DNA from: Nitrososphaerota archaeon
GTDB taxonomy: Archaea > Thermoproteota > Nitrososphaeria_A > Caldarchaeales > Calditenuaceae
NCBI GenBank assembly: GCA_038845265.1
Contig: JAWBQR010000006.1
Span: forward strand, 1-64,000
Length of the DNA stretch: 64,000 nucleotides
Reading direction: 5' to 3'
Positions 37,067 through 46,542 of the stretch are shown one piece after another (the first letter of the stretch is position 1; each line of letters starts with the position of its first letter). The notes below the pieces were generated by a model. It was not told the origin of the DNA. It ran no database searches and was given only the letters and a program-made list of their open reading frames with translations. The position numbers were made by a program, and so were the translations under genes.

Positions 37067-38773
37067 TTGAATATTCTAAGGCTACTCACAAGAATTCTAA
37101 TCATCGCCGCAATAGCATTTGTATTTTGGTTTGTCGGAGGAGAGTTATTTTATTCAACTTTAAGCGGAATAATGCCACCAAGAGACTTCACTACAATTTT
37201 AGTAGTAGATATAATTATTGGAATAATTTTGGGAATAGTTTATGGAATAGTGCTCATAAAGATTTTACCCGGCTTACTACCATATCTATCAGGGACAATA
37301 ATAGGAGCCTTCGCATCATTAGCAATCTCAACTAATATCGGCTCAATTGCAAACCCTCTGACTAAAGTTGTTGGAATCATATTCTTCCTAGCTCCCGGCG
37401 CAATACTCAACATGCTAGTAATCTCGAAGCTAAGATCAAGAGCTGCTACGACGCGGGCTCCCACCCCTGAGACACCTAAACCATCAATGACAGAGACGGC
37501 AAAAGCCGAGACCTCTCCGCAATCTACGCAGACGTCGCCTCAAGAACAACTAACCAAACCAGCAGAAGAAAAGCCCCAGGAAATTGGCCCAGAGCATCCA
37601 CTCACCTCCGTCTCCGGGTCGGAAAAACAATTAGTAGAGCAGCCCAAAGTCCCTGCCCAACAAAACACGACCATGAGTGCTCCCGAACAAGAAATAAAGC
37701 CTAAAAGCGAGCATGAGATAATAACAGAGGACAAAGGGGAGTATTTGGTTCAGGAGATTCCAGAAGAAAAGATAGTAACTCCAATAACAGATGAAGATTT
37801 AGAGGAAAAAATCTTAGAGGTCATTGAAAAAGAAGGATTAACGGAAATAGTCCCGCTGCCAAGTAACCTATCGCCAGAGGGAGGATTTTATCCAGATATA
37901 GAAGAGAAGGTAGGCATAGAAACCTCAAAACTGCTCTCAGTCTTTAAGTCGCTTACGGATCGAGGAATACTTAAGCAGTCAGGAGTGGAATTTAAGAAGA
38001 TTGTCTGTCCAAGATGTCTGAGTGCATTGAATATAATCAATATAGGATGTCCCTTCTGCAAGTCAATCAACATTGCTAGGCAGAGAATTCTCCAGCACGA
38101 GTCATGCGGCTTCCTAGGACCGGAAGAAAGATTCACGGAGAGTGGAAAAACAATCTGCCCAAGATGTGGCGCTGAGGTTGAAATAATCAGAGGACAGAGC
38201 GAAGAAGTAGGCAAAGAGATATTAAAGGTCCATTCTACACTCTTTACATGCTATAATTGCAATGAAGTAAGCACAGAGCCCTATGTATCCTTCCGATGCC
38301 TCACCTGCGGAATGATATACGATCTCGTCACTTTTGAATCTAAAAGTTTTTACAGATATTCGGTAAATCTAGATGCGCTCTATAAAGCATTAGAGCTAAA
38401 GAAGCCAATAAAAATAATTGTCGAAGAGATGAGCAAGAGAGGAATAGAAGTTCAACAGCAAGTAATGATAACAGGCGCATCTAAAGTGCCGCACAAAGTA
38501 AATCTATTATTCCGGAAGGATGGGAAAGTCATTGGGGGTGCGATACTGATTACGGATAAAGGCGAATCCCATCTCCACGAGATTATGCGCGTACTAGTGC
38601 TCAGAACAGATGCAGGCATCAAGAATCTATATGTATTGAGCTACTATAAGCTTGATGATGATGCGAGAAAGCTCGCACAGTTCAACGAGATACCAGTCAT
38701 AGAGGATGTATTAAGCAAAGATGCGGCTAATGAAATATTACCTAGGATGCTAAAATCAATTCTGGAGCAATAA
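37067..38773 (+). CDS. Membrane-anchored TackOD1-domain protein with C-terminal restriction-endonuclease-like fold
   Basis: 4 N-terminal TM helices, P/E/Q-rich linker, wHTH-like segment, multi Zn-ribbon (CPRC..CPFC..HESCGF..CPRCG..CYNC..CLTCG), then GASKVPHKVN. Confidence 0.75.
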   Translation: MNILRLLTRILIIAAIAFVFWFVGGELFYSTLSGIMPPRDFTTILVVDIIIGIILGIVYGIVLIKILPGLLPYLSGTIIGAFASLAISTNIGSIANPLTKVVGIIFFLAPGAILNMLVISKLRSRAATTRAPTPETPKPSMTETAKAETSPQSTQTSPQEQLTKPAEEKPQEIGPEHPLTSVSGSEKQLVEQPKVPAQQNTTMSAPEQEIKPKSEHEIITEDKGEYLVQEIPEEKIVTPITDEDLEEKILEVIEKEGLTEIVPLPSNLSPEGGFYPDIEEKVGIETSKLLSVFKSLTDRGILKQSGVEFKKIVCPRCLSALNIINIGCPFCKSINIARQRILQHESCGFLGPEERFTESGKTICPRCGAEVEIIRGQSEEVGKEILKVHSTLFTCYNCNEVSTEPYVSFRCLTCGMIYDLVTFESKSFYRYSVNLDALYKALELKKPIKIIVEEMSKRGIEVQQQVMITGASKVPHKVNLLFRKDGKVIGGAILITDKGESHLHEIMRVLVLRTDAGIKNLYVLSYYKLDDDARKLAQFNEIPVIEDVLSKDAANEILPRMLKSILEQ

Positions 38774-38777
38774 GTAG

Positions 38778-39155
38778 TCACAGATTTAGGTGAATCTTCC
38801 CTACTCTGTTTACATAGATATACCTACATCCTGTCTCCCGCAACTTTCTAGACATTTCAAAATCCGAAGTGACAACTAACAAATTCGTATTTTTCGATAG
38901 TTTAACCAGTTGCTCATCAGTACTAGCATCGATACCGGCATCGATTATTTTCATCCCTAATGAAATCTTAAGTGCTGTTTTTGCGTAAAGAGCTCTTTTT
39001 CCTTTTTGTTTGGATAGTTTTACAAGTTCGTCAATTACGCTCTTAAGTATTATTGGTTCTAGGCAGTCATTTAGTTTATCCTCTATCATGGAGATTATGT
39101 TTCTCCCTTTTTCTGCCATAAGCATTAGAAAACTTGTGTCTATTAGTGCTTCCAA
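38778..39155 (-). CDS. PIN-domain ribonuclease (Fcf1/Utp24-like)
   Basis: LIDTSFL, VIDEL, TDEQL, VTSD. Conserved position downstream of aIF2-gamma. Confidence 0.88.
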   Translation of the reverse strand: MEALIDTSFLMLMAEKGRNIISMIEDKLNDCLEPIILKSVIDELVKLSKQKGKRALYAKTALKISLGMKIIDAGIDASTDEQLVKLSKNTNLLVVTSDFEMSRKLRETGCRYIYVNRVGKIHLNL

Positions 39156-39159
39156 GACC

Positions 39160-40407
39160 TTACTGCACTATCTTTCCATATCCTATAAGTCTCCATCCGG
39201 CTCCTATTCTCCTACTGATAGTTACCTTGTCTCCGGGCTTTGCGCATATCGGCTTACTTAGCTCGACAGTAAGAATCTCTGATGTTCTCTTAACGACTAC
39301 GCAGCTAGTCACCGCTGAGTAAATATTGATCACTAGTGGTTCTTTTTCAGATATAGGCTTTACCTCCATCTCCCCCTCAACGCCCACAACTTTCTTAAAT
39401 AATGTATAACTTATCTGAAGGCTCCGCCACACTGGTGGTAGCGTACCAGGTCTTCCTGCTATATTTCCAGCCATCGAGTCTGCCTTTGTGAAGGAGGGGT
39501 CGATTCCTGTCTCTATTCCGACGAGTCCTCCGCTCATCGCTTCGTCTACTGCTTTGCCGCCCGCCCTGATACTTCTGACAGTGGTATATATTGGCTCGTA
39601 GGGGGATCTTGGATCATTTTCCTTGACGGGCAGGCCAGGCGCTATTTCTATCTCGTCGCCAATTTTTACCTTACCCTGAATTATTGAGCCACCTATCACT
39701 CCTCCGCTAATCTTACTTGCAAGTGTACCTGGGAGATTTACGTCAAAAGATCTTAAAACGGGCATCTGGAAAGGCTTCTGCAGTTCTCTAGGTGGGGTAG
39801 GCATTGTCTTCTCCATGGCGTATATTAGGGTCTCAATTCCCAGCGCATGCTGCGCTGAGACGGGAATTATAGGCGAATCAGCAAATGGTGTATCAGCAAC
39901 ATAGCTCTTTACTTCTTCATAATTTTCCAGTGCTCTTTCACGCGTAATCAAATCAACCTTATTCTGAACAAAGATTAGATTCTTTACTCCCATGATTTTT
40001 GCGGCTTCGAAATGTTCCCTATCCTGAGGTTGAGGAAACTTTTGCCTAGCGTCTATAACGAAAAGTGCACCATCAAAGAGAGCGGCGCCACTAAGCATCG
40101 TTATCATCAATGAATGATGTCCAGGACAATCAATAAAAGAGACAGCCCTTACGAATCTTGTCTCAACTCCATGACGTGGACAAACTTCAGATAACTTATA
40201 GTTGAATGGCTCCTCACACAGCGGGCACTCATAAACAGCCATGTCTGCATATCCAATACGTATCGTAATTCCTCGCTTCAGTTCTTCACTATGCCTAGCA
40301 GTCCATATGCCTGTCAAGGCCTGGACAAGCGTCGACTTTCCGTTATCTACGTGCCCCAATGTACCGATGTTAATCTCGGGCTGTCTCGGCAGCGGCTTGC
40401 TACTCAT
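39160..40407 (-). CDS. eif2g: Translation initiation factor aIF2 gamma subunit
   Basis: QPEINIGTLGHVDNGKST, HSEELKRGITIRIGY, DCPGH, QNKVD, WRLIGYG. Confidence 0.97.
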   Translation of the reverse strand: MSSKPLPRQPEINIGTLGHVDNGKSTLVQALTGIWTARHSEELKRGITIRIGYADMAVYECPLCEEPFNYKLSEVCPRHGVETRFVRAVSFIDCPGHHSLMITMLSGAALFDGALFVIDARQKFPQPQDREHFEAAKIMGVKNLIFVQNKVDLITRERALENYEEVKSYVADTPFADSPIIPVSAQHALGIETLIYAMEKTMPTPPRELQKPFQMPVLRSFDVNLPGTLASKISGGVIGGSIIQGKVKIGDEIEIAPGLPVKENDPRSPYEPIYTTVRSIRAGGKAVDEAMSGGLVGIETGIDPSFTKADSMAGNIAGRPGTLPPVWRSLQISYTLFKKVVGVEGEMEVKPISEKEPLVINIYSAVTSCVVVKRTSEILTVELSKPICAKPGDKVTISRRIGAGWRLIGYGKIVQ

Positions 40408-40525
40408 CTATCGCTTCTGTGATACATGTTGTTTATATAGGTTGAATTTGGGCTCACCTGCGAAATACCCAATGGATGAGAAGCGGCAGAATGATATATA
40501 GGATGGGAATTCCTCTTTCCTTGTC

Positions 40526-40951
40526 ATGGAGAAGCTTGAGAAGACTTTTGTCCTACTTAAGCCGAGTTGCATAGAGAGAGGGTTCATAGGCGAAGTAATA
40601 ACAAGATTTGAGAAGAAGGGGTTCGCAATAAAGGGGCTGAAGATGCTCGAGATGAAAAGAGAAATGGCCGAGCGTCTCTACGAAGTCCATAAAGGCAAAG
40701 AATTCTATGATAAACTCATCAAAACCGTCACGGGCAGAAGAGTAGTCGCAATTTTACTTGAAGGTAGAAATGCGGTAACAGTTGTGAGGAAAATGGTAGG
40801 TGCAACAGATCCTGCAAATGCGGAGCCTGGAACTATAAGAGGCGATTTGGGCCTTGACGTCACTGACAATATTATTCACGCATCCGACAGTGTAGAGTCT
40901 TTTCAGAGAGAGGCTAGAATATTTTTTGAAGAATCGGAAATTCTTTGCTAG
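40526..40951 (+). CDS. ndk: Nucleoside diphosphate kinase
   Basis: EKTFVLLKP, GATDP..AEPGTIRGD, NIIHASDS (phospho-His). Confidence 0.96.
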   Translation: MEKLEKTFVLLKPSCIERGFIGEVITRFEKKGFAIKGLKMLEMKREMAERLYEVHKGKEFYDKLIKTVTGRRVVAILLEGRNAVTVVRKMVGATDPANAEPGTIRGDLGLDVTDNIIHASDSVESFQREARIFFEESEILC

Positions 40952-41139
40952 GCCCTCCTCTCCTGACCATAGTAAGTAGTCCACTTAATTTTTCTTGAGT
41001 CTTTCTTATGCTCAAGCATGAATATTCTGCATCTCCTACTGCAGAACCAATGTAAAGTTCCGTCTCTCTTTACGAAGAGCATTCCAGTACCATGCAAAAA
41101 TTCTTTACCGCAGAATGAGCATTTATGCATCGTCGGCAT
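40948..41139 (-). CDS. rpl24e: 50S ribosomal protein L24e
   Basis: CSFCG...GTGMLFVKRDG...FCSRRC...KIKWT. Confidence 0.96.
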   Translation of the reverse strand: MPTMHKCSFCGKEFLHGTGMLFVKRDGTLHWFCSRRCRIFMLEHKKDSRKIKWTTYYGQERRA

Positions 41140-41160
41140 TGATTTTTCCCTCAGTTATCA

Positions 41161-41394
41161 CTACTTGATTTTTTCAGCCTCCCTTTCAGTGTCAAGAAGA
41201 ATGAGAATGTCTCCCAATCTCACTGGACCCTTTACGTTTCTACTAATGACTCTTCCCTTATCTTTGCCCTCCAGTATCCTAACTCTTACTTGTGTTACGT
41301 CGCCTCTAACTCCTGTCCTACCAACTATCTGCACAACCTCTGCAGGCACCGGCTCCTCTACTTTCGCCTGTTGTTTAGATGCCTGCTGACTCAT
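41161..41394 (-). CDS. rps28e: 30S ribosomal protein S28e
   Basis: [14 protein letters not shown]...[21 protein letters not shown]. Confidence 0.97.
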   Translation of the reverse strand: MSQQASKQQAKVEEPVPAEVVQIVGRTGVRGDVTQVRVRILEGKDKGRVISRNVKGPVRLGDILILLDTEREAEKIK

Positions 41395-41396
41395 TG

Positions 41397-41774
41397 CTAC
41401 TTACCCCTAATCTCCGATAGCTTCTTGATTATCTCGTCGAGGTAGCCCTTAGCCTCGCCTGGCTCCACGACCGCCACTGAACTGGCCTTAACGTTAAGTC
41501 CAGCAGCTTTTCCCAGCTCCTCCTTGCTCGGAACATAGACATAAGGGATCTTCTTCTCATCACAGAGCGTAGGCAGGAAAGCAACAATCTCTGGCGGATC
41601 TACATCTTCAGCAATAGCTACAAATTTTGCTTGTCCCCTCTCAATGGACTTAATCACTTCATTTACGCCCTTCTTCAATTTACCGCTTGTCTTGACAAGT
41701 CTCACTACCTCAAGTGTAGCGGTAACTAGTTCTGGTGGTGTCTTAAACTTAACATAGTAGGCCTGTCCCGGCAT
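41397..41774 (-). CDS. rpl7ae: 50S ribosomal protein L7Ae
   Basis: [41 protein letters not shown]. Confidence 0.97.
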   Translation of the reverse strand: MPGQAYYVKFKTPPELVTATLEVVRLVKTSGKLKKGVNEVIKSIERGQAKFVAIAEDVDPPEIVAFLPTLCDEKKIPYVYVPSKEELGKAAGLNVKASSVAVVEPGEAKGYLDEIIKKLSEIRGK

Positions 41775-41779
41775 TCATT

Positions 41780-41806
41780 GTCACCTCAGCCGATCCTCAG
41801 CCAACC
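41780..41806 (-). promoter_or_regulatory. Putative K-loop/K-turn in rpl7ae 5' UTR overlapping the SD (L7Ae autoregulation)
   Basis: Minus strand reads GGUUGGCUGAGGAUCGGCUGAGGUGAC: two UGAG elements can form tandem G·A pairs closed by GUUG(G)C/GGUGAC. SD GAGGUGA lies inside. TATA-like TTATATTTAAA at about 41825-41835. Confidence 0.55.
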
Positions 41807-41875
41807 TAGATCTTTCTTCCCTAATTTAAATATAATCCCGCAGCTACACCCATAGAGAGCATGATTAATTAGGGG

Positions 41876-42994
41876 CTATCTCTCAAGTAACTCGCCATTC
41901 GTAATGATATGAATGGGCCTTAGTAAATTGCTGCCTGTTCTCTTCTCTCCGACACAGTCCACGAACTCAAACCTTCCTTCCATCATTTTCCAAACGACTA
42001 TGTCGGCTGTCGCTCCGGGCTTAAGGTTCCCAAGCTTGTCATGAATATTTAGAACTCTTGCAGGATTTATTGTCGCCCTCCTTACTACGTCGGTTAGGCT
42101 TAATCCAAGCACCAAAAATTTAGAGAGAGTCGTACCAACATCGTATACTGGACCATTAATATTTCCTAAGTGGAGGTCAGTACTTATCGTGGTTGGGAGT
42201 AATCCTTCCTGTATTGCTTTTTCAGCAATGCTGAATGAGAAGCTGGCCTGACCATGCCCCACGTCGAATACGACTCCTCTCCTGTACGCCTCCTCAACTT
42301 CTGGCCTGATCCTTCCATCCTCATCAACTACTGCGGGTGCAGGCCCTCCATGAAAACAGTGAGTCAATACATCTCCTTTCTTCATGAACTTCAAAACAAC
42401 ATCGATTGGATACCAATAAAGTGCCGAGTTCTCGCACATTAAGAATGTCCCAGTCTTGTCTGCTACCTGCCTAGCGAGCAATAATGCCTCTTGCCCATAA
42501 ACGTGATGCCACTTAATGCCTTTAATTACGTCACGGTTCTTCTCGATGCATGAAACAGTCTCAGAGGGATCTATCAGCTCAGGGCTAAGAAGAATGCTTT
42601 TAATCTTATCATAGAAGAAAGTAACCAGACCGATTGACCCAATGTTTAATAGAGCGTAGATTTTTGTTTTCGAATTTTTAATAATAAACTCCCTGAAGCT
42701 GGGAAACGTTATGTGTCCAGCAGACCCTGCATCTAGGACTGTGGTCGCTCCGGTAGATAGACAAGTCTTGTCTGGAATAACTCCGAGCTTTGGACATATA
42801 GAGTAGCAAACATGGACGTGAAGATCAATAATTCCAGGAGTGACAATCATTCCAGACGCATCAATTACATTCTTAGCAGATGATGCCGGAATATTTTTCT
42901 CCACAGCTTCTACAGTACCTTTAGAAACAGCAACATCATACTTCTCCTCTATTTCTTGGGCAGGATCAATAAGCACGCCACTCTTAATTAACAA
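41876..42994 (-). CDS. Amidohydrolase/deacetylase family metallohydrolase (dihydroorotase-like)
   Basis: PGIIDLHVH, TTVLDAGSAG, LTHCFH, FDVGHGQASF, ISTDLH, ATINPA. Confidence 0.88.
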   Translation of the reverse strand: MLIKSGVLIDPAQEIEEKYDVAVSKGTVEAVEKNIPASSAKNVIDASGMIVTPGIIDLHVHVCYSICPKLGVIPDKTCLSTGATTVLDAGSAGHITFPSFREFIIKNSKTKIYALLNIGSIGLVTFFYDKIKSILLSPELIDPSETVSCIEKNRDVIKGIKWHHVYGQEALLLARQVADKTGTFLMCENSALYWYPIDVVLKFMKKGDVLTHCFHGGPAPAVVDEDGRIRPEVEEAYRRGVVFDVGHGQASFSFSIAEKAIQEGLLPTTISTDLHLGNINGPVYDVGTTLSKFLVLGLSLTDVVRRATINPARVLNIHDKLGNLKPGATADIVVWKMMEGRFEFVDCVGEKRTGSNLLRPIHIITNGELLER

Positions 42995-43017
42995 ATCATA
43001 CTTGGCCAGCTATCCTC

Positions 43018-43410
43018 TCACCTCTTATCAACAGTCTGTGCATCCAATACGGCTATAACGTCCATTTCAACCCTTTGTCCAAGATAATGGAAGGGACTAG
43101 TTGCTTGTACACATGTCCTAGCTGGGGGATTATCTGTGAAATATTTAGAATACACATTATTCATTTTTTCATAATCACTTACATCTTTTAGATAAACGAC
43201 TACTTTAGCTACTTTGCTTAGTGAGGAGCCCACTTCTTCTAGAATTGTCTTGATATTCAAAATCGTTTGTTCTGTCTGTGTCTCTACATCTGCATTAAGG
43301 TCATTAGGCCCCATTCCACATACAAATACCAAGTTTCCTACGATTGTAGCATGAGAGACGTAAGGTCGTCTTCCAAAAGAGGGAGAGACATGCCTCTTTA
43401 ATTCTGTCAT
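43018..43410 (-). CDS. RidA/YjgF family enamine deaminase
   Basis: KVVVYLKD, MNNVYSKYF...PPARTCV, VEMDVIA. Confidence 0.9.
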   Translation of the reverse strand: MTELKRHVSPSFGRRPYVSHATIVGNLVFVCGMGPNDLNADVETQTEQTILNIKTILEEVGSSLSKVAKVVVYLKDVSDYEKMNNVYSKYFTDNPPARTCVQATSPFHYLGQRVEMDVIAVLDAQTVDKR

Positions 43411-43557
43411 AATAATATTCCTTGTTTTGCTCTTTATTTATATTTTTAGATTTTAATGGGGCACGAGTACAACATTACCGATGTGTTGCTTGCTGCATAA
43501 AGAGTTTAGATTTGAATTAAAAAGATAAATGGTTGATGAAATTTAAATTAATGTAAC

Positions 43558-44676
43558 ATGAAGAGGGTGCACCTACATGCTTTTGTTTATAGCGTCGCGG
43601 TTATCTCTTGGTTGTTAAGTGCAGCTCTCCATAATCCACGGATGAGCGGGAACATTTACAGCGACATAGTTTACTTCTGGTGGCGTGATGTTGAGATTAG
43701 ACTTGGGCTCGCGCCATGTTTTCAATTCTTTTTTGAGTATCCGCCCCTTTCATGTGGCGTAACATATCTCTCAAGAATTCTTGGAGGTCCTTTATTGGAG
43801 AGCTACTACTCGGTGTTTGTTTATTTGAGTCTTCCTGCATACATACTGCTTGCATGGTCAATGATTACGATTGTCGAGAAGTCGGGCGCAGGTAGGATAG
43901 GTCTCCTGGCAATAGCTTCGCCGAGCCTAGTTGTGTACGGTATATATAATTATGACCACTTTGCTACAGCCCTCGTCGGCGCTGCGATCGCTCTATTTCT
44001 CATAAAAAAGCCAGAGCTTAGTGGACTAGCGAGTGGATTAGCGTTTGCCTTCAAATTATATTCAGGCTTAATTCTTCCATTGTTTTTGATGGAGTTACGC
44101 GATAATCGTCAACGTTTAAGTTATTTTGTCTATTTTTTATTGGGCGCAGGTGTTCCTTACATCGCGCAAATTGTTCTTAATCCGTCGTCAATAGCAGAGT
44201 TCTTTAGGTACCATTATGGCTGGGGATTAGAAAATGCGTGGTACATCTGGATATTCGGCAAATCAGACTCTCCTTCAGCAAAGATCTTCGGATTAGCATT
44301 GGGTGCATATCTAGTCCTTAGAGTTTATGTCATGGATGGTTCCCTACTCTCTAGGTGTTTCTTGGCAGTGACTGCTTGGCTGTTCTCGAGCTATATCTTT
44401 ACTCCGCAGATGGTGATTTGGCTCCTTCCTCTACTTGTGGCTCAGCGAAGCGCTCTATATCTCTGGCCCGCCCTAGAGATTACAAATGTCGGGATAATCA
44501 TGACTTGGTTCGGAGAGTATGACCCAGTCATGCCTGGTACTCCCCCTCAAATACTAGCCCTCTTAAGGGCTGTCGCGCTCGGATTGATGGGCCTATCAGT
44601 GTATTATCACGAGAAAGGAGAATCCCCTAAAAAATTATTGTTCAGAATCTTAAGTATGGGGCATCGCTATGTTTGA
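43558..44676 (+). CDS. GT-C membrane glycosyltransferase (GT87/DUF2029-like)
   Basis: YSDI, FEYPPL, NYDH, FKLY, FTPQMVIWLLP; polytopic membrane protein. Confidence 0.78.
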   Translation: MKRVHLHAFVYSVAVISWLLSAALHNPRMSGNIYSDIVYFWWRDVEIRLGLAPCFQFFFEYPPLSCGVTYLSRILGGPLLESYYSVFVYLSLPAYILLAWSMITIVEKSGAGRIGLLAIASPSLVVYGIYNYDHFATALVGAAIALFLIKKPELSGLASGLAFAFKLYSGLILPLFLMELRDNRQRLSYFVYFLLGAGVPYIAQIVLNPSSIAEFFRYHYGWGLENAWYIWIFGKSDSPSAKIFGLALGAYLVLRVYVMDGSLLSRCFLAVTAWLFSSYIFTPQMVIWLLPLLVAQRSALYLWPALEITNVGIIMTWFGEYDPVMPGTPPQILALLRAVALGLMGLSVYYHEKGESPKKLLFRILSMGHRYV

Positions 44677-46036
44677 TCCATGGAACAAAATTCATCAAGT
44701 ATAGACAACACTGAAATATTCCTTTCATGAAGTATTCGAAGAGTATGTTTTCATTCGGTGCATGGATATTGGAGCCCGGATAATTTACTCCAAGTGAGAA
44801 GCATGGTTGTCGAAGAATATCAGTGATCAAGTACATAGGTCCTGATCCGGCAATATTTGGAAAGACCAGCGGCTCCATGCCTGTAACAATTTTTGCAACT
44901 TTGACTGCCAGTTGAACAGCGGGCTCTTTTGGTGATGTCCTCGCGGCAGGATAGCCGCGGTTAAGTACTTCTACTTGGACATCCTGAAAGCCATGAGAAT
45001 TCAGATGCTGTTTCAGGAGTTTTAGTATCTGGCCGGGGCGCATCCTTGGCACTAGTCGGATATCCATTTTTGCGAATGCATAAGATGGAAGCACCGTCTT
45101 TTGGCCTTTATCAATGTATCCTGAGTATATTCCACATATGTTTATCGTAGGTGAAAGTAGCCACTGTCTAAGCAGTTCTTGATTAGGTAATTCCTCTATT
45201 AATTCAGCTTGATCTGTCATGGCATCTATGTCGGCTCTATCGATATCGAGTTCTCTAATTAATTGTTCAGCTTCATGGTCCTCCACTGCCTCGTCATAGA
45301 ATCCATCTATTAATATTTTCCCATCAGTGTTTCTAATCGTCGATAGTGCCATTACTAGTCTCCACGCTGGATTTTCAATGATTGTTCCCCATGAGGAGTG
45401 TAGATCTCCCCCACGTCTCATTACAATAAGCTCGAGGTAAATCACGCCCTTAGCGCCGAGATAAATCATAGATCTACCAGCTCGATCAAATCCTCCGCCT
45501 TCCCAAATACATGCATCGGCACCTAGCTTTTCACGATAGTTCTCTATGAATTTTGGAAGGGACGGGCTGCCTACTTCTTCTTCTCCATCTAAAATGAACT
45601 TAACATTTACTGGGAGTTCACCCAGTACTTCTACGAGTGTCTTCACTGCTAGTATCCTTGATACAAGGTTTCCCTTATCATCACTCGCACCTCTCGCATA
45701 TATTTTTCCATCGATAATACGCGGCTGAAAAGGAGGGCTCGACCATTTATCAAGCGGATCGACAGGCTGCACATCATAATGGTCATAAATCATAATCGTT
45801 CCATCTTTCTTTTCGTTTAATTCTCCGAGTATTATGGGGTTGCCGCCACTATCTCTATAAGTCTCCACAGAGGCACCTAATTCTTTCAACATATCTATGA
45901 TAATTTCAGCAGCCTGCTCGATGCCCTCGCCCGTTGCTGAGACGCTAGGACATCTAAGTAGTTCAACAAATTCTCTTAAAAAGAGTTCACTATTTCTCTC
46001 GATATGTGACTTCACTTTTTCTAGAACTCGATACAT
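44642..46036 (-). CDS. M20 family metallopeptidase/deacylase
   Basis: YDHYDVQP, ARGASDDKG, DGEEEVGS, DLHS, IHAPNE. Confidence 0.92.
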   Translation of the reverse strand: MYRVLEKVKSHIERNSELFLREFVELLRCPSVSATGEGIEQAAEIIIDMLKELGASVETYRDSGGNPIILGELNEKKDGTIMIYDHYDVQPVDPLDKWSSPPFQPRIIDGKIYARGASDDKGNLVSRILAVKTLVEVLGELPVNVKFILDGEEEVGSPSLPKFIENYREKLGADACIWEGGGFDRAGRSMIYLGAKGVIYLELIVMRRGGDLHSSWGTIIENPAWRLVMALSTIRNTDGKILIDGFYDEAVEDHEAEQLIRELDIDRADIDAMTDQAELIEELPNQELLRQWLLSPTINICGIYSGYIDKGQKTVLPSYAFAKMDIRLVPRMRPGQILKLLKQHLNSHGFQDVQVEVLNRGYPAARTSPKEPAVQLAVKVAKIVTGMEPLVFPNIAGSGPMYLITDILRQPCFSLGVNYPGSNIHAPNENILFEYFMKGIFQCCLYLMNFVPWIKHSDAPYLRF

Positions 46037-46147
46037 AGTCAGTTATTATTTATGAGAGCATTTAAATAATTTGTTCAGCATCTCAATAAAATACACACAT
46101 ATATTTCTTGTTAAATGATTATATCCGAGTGTTGATAAAATCGATAC

Positions 46148-46501
46148 GTGGAGCCAGTTAAGACAAGCATTACGACAGGTTTTGTTATTGCTGGTGCATA
46201 TGCAGATAAGCTAAGAAAGACACTCTTCGCACAGGTTAGGGAATACGTTAAGACAGGGCAGGTAAGGCAGGAGGAGGTAGCTAGAGCGGCAGGAGAGCTG
46301 AACTCGCTGCTCTTTAGATTAATCGTTGAGGAGCTTGGATTATCTAAGGGAGATGTAGTCAGGATAAGGGCGCAGTATCAGTTATCTGATGGAAAAATCA
46401 AATGGGATCTTAGTAGCCTACAAGTAGAGATGTTTAAAAGGGTACCCGAAGATCAAGTCAATAAAGTCCTAGCCACATTAATCCAACGAGTTAGTGAGTA
46501 G
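46148..46501 (+). CDS. DUF2258 / ThermoDBP-related nucleic-acid binding protein
   Basis: TGFVIAGAYADKLRKTLFAQ...ARAAGELN..LF...KGDVVRI...IKWD pattern. Confidence 0.85.
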   Translation: MEPVKTSITTGFVIAGAYADKLRKTLFAQVREYVKTGQVRQEEVARAAGELNSLLFRLIVEELGLSKGDVVRIRAQYQLSDGKIKWDLSSLQVEMFKRVPEDQVNKVLATLIQRVSE

Positions 46502-46542
46502 CATTAATTAATATATAATGTGATTTCAAATATTGCTGGTGA

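Noticed and set aside
21495-38777. Pilus region as an integrated mobile element
   Set aside because: No integrase, transposase, tRNA target or flanking direct repeats were seen; treated as a resident accessory locus.
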